Shown here piece after piece: positions 55,361 to 64,000 of a DNA stretch of 64,000 nt. A program made the translations under genes and the position numbers. Every line of letters begins with the position of its first letter. Positions within the stretch are counted from its first letter, which is position 1. The stretch comes from Schizochytrium sp. TIO01. Its lineage: Eukaryota > Protista > Bigyra: Labyrinthulomycetes. The notes below the pieces were generated by a model. That model did no database searches. It worked only from the letters and a program-made list of their open reading frames with translations, and was not told where the DNA came from. The stretch spans positions 1,612,001 through 1,676,000 of the forward strand of contig SMSO01000025.1 of NCBI GenBank assembly GCA_004764695.1. Direction: 5' to 3'.

Positions 55361-57935
55361 TGTCGCAAGGATGTGGCGGAAGCCACTTATTTAGCGATAT
55401 GGTTTTGATTTAATTTTTGTTTAGGTCTACCTACCTACCTACATAGTAGATAATAAGTACTACTAGCATGATGTATTCTTCCTCTTTTTGTCTACCACTA
55501 CTACTAATAGACAACAGAATGCTGATACTGTTCTTGTTTAGAACGTGCATTACCAACTCAGAATATATAATAAACTGCCTCACTTGTTGATTCAAGTGGA
55601 GGGAGTTTTCAGCTTAATTTTAGGATTCTTCTGATCTATTTTGTGAACTGATAACCACACGTCAAGTTACGCAAATTTGGTTACGGAAAACAATTATTGT
55701 TGAGGATGCAAAATTCAAAAGATGAATTGAAAATATGTGAATGGAGTAGTGACAAAAAACTAATCAATGTGCGTTGGTCAGACAATCTTTGGCTTTGTCC
55801 AGATATAGTTTGAAAGAGTGATATGCACTCACAAACTAAGAGGAGTTTAAGTACAGTTTGAATCTGTCTGGAGACCATACTGCATTCACCGAGAAAAACA
55901 AAATAAAAAATGCTTCTTTTTTAAGAGAAGAGAAGACATTTTGCTTGCGACAATAACTGCAGCAGGAGATTAGTTTGTTTAACTTTCTACTTTAGATCTA
56001 GTGTTGTAAATTGTAGTATGGCATTTGCATTTCATTGGATTTCAAGCACATGCATAGAGAAACCATCGAAACAAGCAACTGAGCACATACTAGGCGCTAC
56101 TTACTTTTCAGGTCTTCAAAAAAAATCAAGAACAGCTAACGATAATGTCTTCCTGATTTTTTTCAAATCAATTGGGATAGTCATCCTATGCATTTTTAAT
56201 ATTGCACAGAGTAGTCTTGCGAAAAATACTAAAAAAGATAAATATGTCCTGAGTCAATGATCACATCGAAAAACCATTCTGATTTAGAGATTTGCAATAT
56301 GTTCTTTAGAAGAAAAAAAATTAATACACGCGAAATTTAGCTGACAGCTAAAACAATAGCTCATTTTGGGACAATATAAACTTCGTCTAACCTTTTGCTT
56401 GAACCATAAGGAGTGTCTTGCGCCGGTATAGTTTTACCAAAGAATTTTGGAATAATTAGTACCAATGTGAAGTTCTATATAGTTAGAGACTGAAGTTCAC
56501 TTGCTAGAACTATAACATTGCATCAAAAGGGAGACTAGTCCCTCAACTTCAAACTACGCGTGTGCACAAGTTTTCAAAAGCTGTTTTATGAGTAATCCCA
56601 GCGACAAATATTTTCACCATAAGTGATAGATTGAAGAAGCAACTCAGTAGCTTCCACACCGCGAACTTTGAGTCCAACTAAATATAAAAAGTTCTTGCAA
56701 AAAAAGGAACAACTTGGAAAAGGGCATTAAAGTGAATGCTGAAATCTGCCTTTAAAAGTTCTTTCTACGGTGATAGAAACGAGTGGCTAGAGTAAAAAGA
56801 AGAGATTTTAGTTATTTTTTCGGTTGTTCGAAACAAGTTGATAGAACTTTACAAACAGTGTCTAGTCACAAGCTGTGCAAAATTAGGAATTGCTCATCCT
56901 GGGATAGATAGTACCAGCATACAGATGTAGCGTTGGCCTAGGTAGGTTTGACCTTGAGGTAAGTAATAGCTCCACCGTTTCTGAGTCTTGGTTGTCAGTT
57001 GCCTTGCTGACACACCAATCTGATTTCCAAGTAACTTTAGAAAGTAATCTTTAAATTCACCTACATGGGGGTGTCTCCAGGCTTTGATCACTCAGTTATA
57101 GCATTGTCTATAGCTTCTCACATTTCTCATGCAAGCGTCCCTAATGTCCCAAATTATTCTTTGATTTTAGAATAACATACAAATTCAGGAAGATTCTCAC
57201 TCTATTTACTGTTTCACACATGTACCCCCCGGCATGATATTGATGCAGCGTACATGCTAGCCTCTACGGCCATGGGCAACAGTTTGCAGTGCAACAAGTC
57301 AGATACAGACGAACATGCCTTTCTGTTTCTTTTAATATGCTCATAGACTCTAAATATTAAAAAGTTAATACAAGAATCGAATCTTAAAATGCCCAACCAG
57401 GGTAGGCACTTGTGTCAAGTTTCACACTTCGTCGCGTTAACAGAGTTATGCGTCTGGGTCTATCCGAAAAACATCTTGTCATGGACTTCAAGCTGGAAAA
57501 CATAGTTTTTCCGATGTTAGTGGAAAGAAGGGAGAAAGTCTTTATACTGCTTCTAACGAAGTTTATCCTTTCTTCAATAATAGAGAACGAGAGATCAACA
57601 AAGTATATTGGTTCTGTACAAAGTCCGACGAACAAGTGAGTCTTTTACTTCTTCTTTTTCAAGTAACAAAGAAGGTGGACTACGCGTGGTGCTCGCAGAT
57701 GTTGAATTTAAGCTATGCTTGTGTATGTCACTGCTCCAAAAGTATGTCACCTTCCCTGAAGCATGTCCCATATGGGTACAGGTACCCAAATAAACGATGA
57801 TTCAGCAAACCCCAAATAGAGTTACGATCTATAAGAGCTCACGTTTACCACAGCGCAGCAAATTCAGAGCTCTTATACGTTTTTTGAAGAGTGGGAGAAG
57901 GAGTAGGAAGAGCGTCTCCTGCTGCTTCATTTAGG

Positions 57936-60572
57936 ATGTTGAGCCTTCACTGCCTGATTCTCGTCATGTTTGCGACGTGGTACTCATGCTTCGAGGCCGC
58001 ATATGCTGCAAACATCGCTATTGGCGCATTTCTGAACCTGCAGGCTGATGCATCAGTTGACAATGAACCGTATTTATATCATGCCTATCGAATGGCGTTT
58101 GCCGAGCATTATGCCGGTGATTCCTTTTCTACAATGGATAGGGCAACAGCCTCTGACATCGTCAAAAGTGTTCTAATTGACTCATCTGATACAACAAAGC
58201 TTCGCATCCCGAATTTTGCAGGAAATGAGACTTTATATCTCGACTTCATCGACACGTCTGGAATGAGTACTGCTGAGATTCAGTCTGCGATGATTAAATG
58301 GATCGATACAACACGTGCAGGATTCAACAAGTACGTTTTAGGAGGCCATTCATCGTCTTCAGAGATACTCAAGGCGCAAGTCTGCAAGGACAGATCTGTA
58401 ATTTTTATTTCCCCAGGTGCTGCTACAGAGTCTATATTCACTGTTTTGAATGGAGAAGCGGCATTTGCATATGGACTCCTTTCTTCCACCGGTCTATTAG
58501 GAACAAGCACGATGGAGTTCCTGGACTCTGAAATGGTGAAAGGTACACTGAGCGAAAAAAAGTACAAAATTGCTATCTTGTATGAAAATGCTGATCACGG
58601 AAGAGATTATCGAGATTCAATTCAGTCGTTTGTATCTACTTCCTCAAAATTTGAGATTGGGTATTCGAGTGCTTTCGAATTTCAAAATGATGCACCGGAC
58701 AACACCTACAAAGAGTATATTGATAGTCTTCTTGGAAATATGTCAGCTGTTGTGAAAGAGGAAACGAACTGGTTACTTTTGATTGATGCACATTCGAATG
58801 AATTCAAATTTCTACAGAAGTGTTTGGCCAGATCCGAGTATTCCTTTGATGCAATTTCATTCGGCGCTCGAGGCACCGATACGTCCGACATTAAGACTAT
58901 CATTGAAGATGCAAACAGCGAAATTGAGGGTTATGATTTTGCAAGATCTCTAAGATATGTTTTTGCTGGGCTGTGGTGGAGCCCAGGCCAGCAATCCCAG
59001 TCCACGAAAACTTTCATCAATGCTTGGAGAAAGCATGAGGGACAATTGTGGCTAGAAAGCTTAGATGCCCTTCGCAGTGTTGGAGATGAAAGCTTTTTGT
59101 TTAGTCACCCAGAGGAAATGCTTGCCCCAATCTGGTACGGGACCGCGACAGGCTACGATGCGCTTAGGATTCTCCTTGATGCCCTTCATTCAAGCAAAAC
59201 GGGGACGGCTGCGGATTTCACCACAGATGCAGTACGAGCGCAACTGGAGCGAGCTAAAGGGTTTTCAAGCTTGCTGCCTGGGGGGAAGGTTTATTTTCCA
59301 TCAACTGGTCCACGGCAAGCTACCAATGGATTCGTTATTGCCCAAAATCAACTCGTAGTTGAAGATAGCTCCACCTTTTCTAGGACTGACATTACAGCAA
59401 GCGAACTCTTTCCATTTATCGCGTACCCTTCAAGCGTAAGTGCAGTCGACTTTCGAACAATGCCTTCATATTCATTTACTCGACCAGAGTGTGAAAGCTC
59501 TGACTATGAGATCTTCCTTCTGGAGTGCAATTTTCAGGCGACTTATGATTATGAAATTCAATACTTTGATCGGGAAGGTGTCGCTTGTTCATCAACAAAT
59601 GAAGCATGCTATTGTGAACATACACAAGATGTTGAGCTTGTACAATGTGAGTACGTGCCAAGTCATTCCTCACGAGCGACAATCATACGTGCGCTTGTAG
59701 GTATTGGTCTCATAATTTGTGCCACAGTTCTCGTCATCTTGATCGCCACATGGAATCACCCAACCATGAAATCTGCGCACCGAGTCTACTATGTGGTTAT
59801 CGTGGTGTTATCTGCAACCACCATTGCAATGACGCTAAACCTCATAGGTGAAAACACTGAGACCTCTTGTAAGGTCCGTCTTGGGACACTTATTGCTGGA
59901 TTCGGGTTCTTACTGAGTTTTCTTGCCGGGCGCGTTTTCTACTGGTACCGTGTTTGGGCCCATCCAACGAAAGAAAATCTTCGCATGGGTGGATTAAAAC
60001 TTTGGTGGTTACCTGTTGCATCATCATTTATAGTGTTTGTAATTGTTATCGTTGGCATATCCGTAAGTGGCACCTTTGTGGCAGAAACTGAATTAGGATA
60101 CCGATTTAGCGTGATAAGAACAGCATATGTCTGCACAGGTGGCAGCAATGGGTTTGCTTTAGCCAACGGCGCATATTTAGCTGTGCTGATATTTACCGCT
60201 ACGCTTTTATCGTACCAAGCAAAAGATGTTGATGGAAAACACTATGATAGTAGATACGTCTATATCGCATCTTTTAACACAATGTTTGTTTCATTGCTGG
60301 TGGGTGTTATCCTAGGCCTTATAGATCTCGGTAATGTTGACATTGAGGTTTGCATTGCAATATCTGTCATTTGGGTTGCCCTTGGCATCTGCATTTTTTC
60401 TCTGTTCTCTCGAATTGGCAGTGCCCATGGACTGGTCTTTTTCGCATCTAAGAAAAACTCAGGAATCAACTCTTCACAAGCCGCGCAATCAACTAATGAG
60501 TCCAATATCTTAGTTAAGTACATTCATGGGCGCAGGTCGAAACGTACTACAACAAACCCAACATCCCGATGA
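57936..60572 (+). CDS. Class C (GABA-B/glutamate-like) GPCR with periplasmic-binding/Venus-flytrap ectodomain
   Basis: Signal peptide; PBP-I-like motifs VLGGHSSS, IFISPGAATESIF, KIAILYENADHG, ATGYDALRILLDAL; Cys-rich linker; 7TM_3 motifs HPTMKSA, SCKVRL, KDVDGKHYDSRYVYIASFN. First ATG at 57936. Confidence 0.85.
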   Translation: MLSLHCLILVMFATWYSCFEAAYAANIAIGAFLNLQADASVDNEPYLYHAYRMAFAEHYAGDSFSTMDRATASDIVKSVLIDSSDTTKLRIPNFAGNETLYLDFIDTSGMSTAEIQSAMIKWIDTTRAGFNKYVLGGHSSSSEILKAQVCKDRSVIFISPGAATESIFTVLNGEAAFAYGLLSSTGLLGTSTMEFLDSEMVKGTLSEKKYKIAILYENADHGRDYRDSIQSFVSTSSKFEIGYSSAFEFQNDAPDNTYKEYIDSLLGNMSAVVKEETNWLLLIDAHSNEFKFLQKCLARSEYSFDAISFGARGTDTSDIKTIIEDANSEIEGYDFARSLRYVFAGLWWSPGQQSQSTKTFINAWRKHEGQLWLESLDALRSVGDESFLFSHPEEMLAPIWYGTATGYDALRILLDALHSSKTGTAADFTTDAVRAQLERAKGFSSLLPGGKVYFPSTGPRQATNGFVIAQNQLVVEDSSTFSRTDITASELFPFIAYPSSVSAVDFRTMPSYSFTRPECESSDYEIFLLECNFQATYDYEIQYFDREGVACSSTNEACYCEHTQDVELVQCEYVPSHSSRATIIRALVGIGLIICATVLVILIATWNHPTMKSAHRVYYVVIVVLSATTIAMTLNLIGENTETSCKVRLGTLIAGFGFLLSFLAGRVFYWYRVWAHPTKENLRMGGLKLWWLPVASSFIVFVIVIVGISVSGTFVAETELGYRFSVIRTAYVCTGGSNGFALANGAYLAVLIFTATLLSYQAKDVDGKHYDSRYVYIASFNTMFVSLLVGVILGLIDLGNVDIEVCIAISVIWVALGICIFSLFSRIGSAHGLVFFASKKNSGINSSQAAQSTNESNILVKYIHGRRSKRTTTNPTSR

Positions 60573-60700
60573 GTAGGAGAATATAAAATCAAATGCTCCT
60601 TTGTGTTCTTTTACTTCATAATTTCTTTAACAATTGTTAATTCGAGCCAATGTCGAGTAATACATCAAGGAGCTCGCACCTAGGTCCGTTTGCTTTTAAA

Positions 60701-61909
60701 TCAATGTATACATTTCTCGTGAACCACCCGTGCTCCATTTTCCTCCCATTCATGTCTTGTTATAGAAATCTGTGAAAACGTGTCAATGCTTGCTAACATC
60801 GACGCTCCTATCCAGGATGCATGCCGACGTTGCGAATCCGGAATAATTGCAATGTTGTTTGTTGATACTTGAGAATTGCTTAAAAGCTCTGATTCTAAGC
60901 GTGTAGCAAAGCCTGGGAACATTGAAGACCCTCCAGCGAGAACAATTGAGGAATACAGATCGCGTTGTAAGGTCTTGTCACATGATAGAATACTTTCGAT
61001 ACACAATTTGGGCAAACTTGTATGCGTGGAATCTTTATTTAAGTCGGGTTGAAAGAGCTGCTCAGGTGTATTTCTCTGCGAATCAACACTCACCTCGACA
61101 ACTTGTCCATCTGGAAGCTCGAAAGAAACGGGAGCCTCCTGTGGTAATCCCAAGCTCTGAGATGGAGCTTTTTTCACGTGACTTTCAACTCGGGAATCTT
61201 CATCGACGCTCGAATTTCCAGATTTCTGTGATAACGAAGATCCAAGCTCTGTTTTGGAATATGCTCCTGCAATACCTGCTCCTGCAGCATTGCCTTGCTT
61301 TGGACGCTGTTTTACCCAGCATGTTTTCTCTTTGATTTCTCGTACGATATCAGCAGAAAGGGAAATGCCTAGTTGGTTTGCGAGATAATTTGTCATGTCT
61401 TCTCCGGCAAACTCTATCATTTTAGTTGCATGCCGCAAGGGAAACCCTTCAAAAACAGGCACAGAAGAGGTTTGGCCGCCTCCGACTTGCAAAACAATGC
61501 CCCTGGTTCTTCCAGTTGAAAATAGTGACATGACCGATTTTGATCCAATACATCCTCCTTTTGCATTAAGTTTAGAAAATAGAATTTCTGCCATTTGCTC
61601 ACGGTCACGATGACTGCATATTGGTGAAGTTGTAAGGAAGACAGTTGAAGCTTCAGGATCCACATCAAGCTCTTGTTCCAAAGCATATTGCCATAAATAT
61701 TCGAGGTCTTCCCAGTCGTCTACTCGGCCACGAACAATCGGGTGGCCAACCTGATCAACTTTGTTCTGAAAATGCTCAGAGAATCTCTTTTGGGTTGTCT
61801 TTCGGTGCAGACCTTGACTCCCATCTACGAGTGCAACTGGATGATCATCCCCAGCAAAACCTGCTTTCAAAGAAGTTGACCCGAGGTCGAGGACAACACA
61901 TTGCTCCAT
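60701..61909 (-). CDS. Divergent actin-like/actin-related protein
   Basis: VVLDLGSTSLKAGFAGDDHP, DWEDLEYLWQY, GRTRGIV, FELPDGQ, LYSSIVLAGGSSMFPGFATRL, RHASWIGASMLAS. Confidence 0.93.
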   Translation of the reverse strand: MEQCVVLDLGSTSLKAGFAGDDHPVALVDGSQGLHRKTTQKRFSEHFQNKVDQVGHPIVRGRVDDWEDLEYLWQYALEQELDVDPEASTVFLTTSPICSHRDREQMAEILFSKLNAKGGCIGSKSVMSLFSTGRTRGIVLQVGGGQTSSVPVFEGFPLRHATKMIEFAGEDMTNYLANQLGISLSADIVREIKEKTCWVKQRPKQGNAAGAGIAGAYSKTELGSSLSQKSGNSSVDEDSRVESHVKKAPSQSLGLPQEAPVSFELPDGQVVEVSVDSQRNTPEQLFQPDLNKDSTHTSLPKLCIESILSCDKTLQRDLYSSIVLAGGSSMFPGFATRLESELLSNSQVSTNNIAIIPDSQRRHASWIGASMLASIDTFSQISITRHEWEENGARVVHEKCIH

Positions 61910-62530
61910 ATTTTAATTCTACGGTTAGGAAAGGCGCTCTCTGCCTACTTTCTGCCACTATGCACGGCACCTGGGACTGCAATGCAGCAATTCGAGTCTA
62001 GACGCTCTCGCGCAAAGCCCTTGCTCATCTATCGAGACGCTTGGATGCAATCCCAAGTACTTATTTACTGTTAAATGCAAAGTCCTATCGGGAGTAAGAG
62101 AGATGTTTTATTGACTCAGAGACATGGAACATAAGCAAAACGACCGTTGAAGAACTAAGTTGTGCTGCAGTACTATAGTTAAACATAAGAGTCCCTACTT
62201 TTTCTTTTTCTTTTAAAGTTATTTTATTCGATTTTTGGGGGGCTCAAAAAGAAAATAGCCGCTTTGTTAATGAATTATTAATGAATCGGCAAAGGTGCTT
62301 TGCTATGATCAGAAGCGTTCTCCTTGTGAAGAAAGTCAATCAGTTCAAGCGTACAAAGACGAGCTTTACCAAACTAATTTGAGGTCCTCAGTGCCGTACA
62401 GAAAGCTACAAAACATAATTCTGGCGAGAGCCAGAGTCGTGCGCAAAACTGCAACTCGGTATGCGCAAAGGCAGAACGTAAGCCCAAGCGTGCGAAGCAG
62501 GGCTACCCAGACCTGCCGCGCTGGGGCAAA

Positions 62531-63196
62531 ATGCAAGGCAAGCACCAAGCCCAAAGACAAAGAATATTTCCAGCACAGCCATCCCAACTTGACCGCGACA
62601 ATGAGCGGACGTTACGAAAGGTTCGCTGGACTCTCTGTAGTTCCTGTGGAGCTCCGAATGCTCACCAGATGACAAAATGTGGTGTCTGTGGCAAGTCAAT
62701 ATCTCACAAAATAGATCACCAGCCAGATATCACTCCATTAGAAGTTAAAAATCCACCCGAGACAACCAAGGAGGAGAATGAAGAGAAAGGAAACGTGGAC
62801 TATCAGAATCCCGAAAGACTGTCAGTACTTTCTGAAAACGATCCATCAAACATCGACAGAGTTAAAACATCGACAACCATGAGAGATGTCGCTGATAGAG
62901 CATCTCAGACTCTTGTAAATGGTCTTCAACCAAATCAACAGCCACTAAAGACTGGTCCCCAACCCTCAGAATCTGATCCCCCGACCGAAAACTTTCTCAT
63001 TTTACCTGGGGGAAGTCAAGAAATACGATTATCAGATGTGTCTTCTCTTTCCGTCGGCATGGGAACTGACGATAGAGACGCATTTTCTTGTTATATTCCT
63101 GGTGACCATCGTCGTGGGGCAGTGGCACTTTGCAAACTTGTAACGAAAAGGGTTAAGAAGCAAAGTTCAACCTATGGAAACGCAAATGCTTGGTAA
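62531..63196 (+). CDS. Hypothetical protein with RanBP2-like Zn finger; gene model uncertain (may be an internal exon)
   Basis: WTLCSSCGAPN..MTKCGVCG; the frame is open from 62378, where CTAAT..GAG could serve as an intron acceptor. Confidence 0.45.
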   Translation: MQGKHQAQRQRIFPAQPSQLDRDNERTLRKVRWTLCSSCGAPNAHQMTKCGVCGKSISHKIDHQPDITPLEVKNPPETTKEENEEKGNVDYQNPERLSVLSENDPSNIDRVKTSTTMRDVADRASQTLVNGLQPNQQPLKTGPQPSESDPPTENFLILPGGSQEIRLSDVSSLSVGMGTDDRDAFSCYIPGDHRRGAVALCKLVTKRVKKQSSTYGNANAW

Positions 63197-64000
63197 TAGG
63201 TGAGGCTCAGCTAACTTGGCAATGTCTTGATGTAATTCGACGTGTTGAGGTTCTTTATAGACTGCATCATATATTAGATCGACATCAGTGGCATTTGCGT
63301 GCCAAATCATTCTCTCATCTTCGCTCATTTGTGGGCTTCAGACAGGAAGCAGAGCGTACTTCCCTGCTTAGAGCGCAGACAATTTTTACTCGTCTTATAC
63401 ACAGCAAACTTCGAGATGCTTTCACTCGGCTTGCTAGACCGCAATTATTTGTAGCGAGGCGTGTCCAACGTTTATGCTCATGCATTGCGGTATTGCAAAA
63501 TCACGAAAGAAGATCTTTGGGGTGGGCATTCTCTACTTGGCACCACTTTGCACTCCGGGCGCAGCGTTGCGAAAGTTTGGCAAAAACTTTCAATTGGTCT
63601 CTTCGATCATGGGAAAGAAAGAGACTTCTCGAGGCCTTTCAGCGTTTAAAGAATGCTTGTCGATGGACCACAATTGTCTGCAAGGTGGAAAGTAAGTACT
63701 TGCTCCGTCAGAAACGAACTGTCTTTAAGCAAGTAAAGATGCACGCACTGTCAGTAAGGCGAATTGAAGTGATGGTGCGATGCTTCCACCGGCAGCAACA
63801 AAGCTTGGCCCTACAGCATCTTAAAAGTCATGTTCATAAAGGTCGTTTACTCTCTCGAACAATGTTCAAATCTATTGGCGTTCAAAAACGTGCTGCTTTT
63901 GAGCAGCTCAAACGTTTCTACGAGCGCAGGAAGAGTCAATACCGAAGTGTTTCTTGTCTCAATCGATTTTGCCGTCGCCAAAAAATCCAACTTGCCTTTC

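Noticed and set aside
11402-56945. Recurrent TAGGTAG/CTACCTA motif in spacers (e.g. 11402, 13804, 13868, 32210, 33531, 34007/34024, palindrome 43329-43345, 55427, 56939)
   Set aside because: About 8 hits of a 7-mer are expected by chance in 64 kb on both strands, and several hits are simple (TAGG)n slippage. Enrichment cannot be established without a genome-wide test.
63197-64000. Possible further exons of the Zn-finger gene
   Set aside because: I could not build a consistent splice model or recognise a domain; the window end truncates the context.

Overview
Eukaryotic nuclear DNA that is gene-dense and intron-poor, with short GT-AG introns and microsatellite-rich spacers. The style and gene repertoire suggest a stramenopile protist, possibly a thraustochytrid/labyrinthulomycete; this is inference, not shown. 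About 22 protein-coding genes can be supported. Housekeeping genes: RRP12, UBC9, TOM1-like VHS-GAT, MYST acetyltransferase, RPAP1, ABHD11-like hydrolase, a PH-domain protein, an actin-like protein, a class C GPCR and a GOST-like 7TM protein. Three genes were missed or fragmented by the ORF track and are reconstructed here: a bacterial-type dCTP deaminase running off the left end, a 3-exon PIG-Y-like gene and a 2-exon Tim17-family-like gene. The most unusual items are: a CASTOR-type ACT + PLP aminotransferase fusion; a BAG + alpha-crystallin fusion; a RING/Zn-finger-TPR-J-domain protein; an N-acylated HET/TIR-like + TPR-array protein with no NTPase domain; and a tandem pair of peroxisomal AMACR genes in which copy 2 has Ser at the catalytic Asp position. 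No rRNA, tRNA, CRISPR array or intact transposon was recognised.
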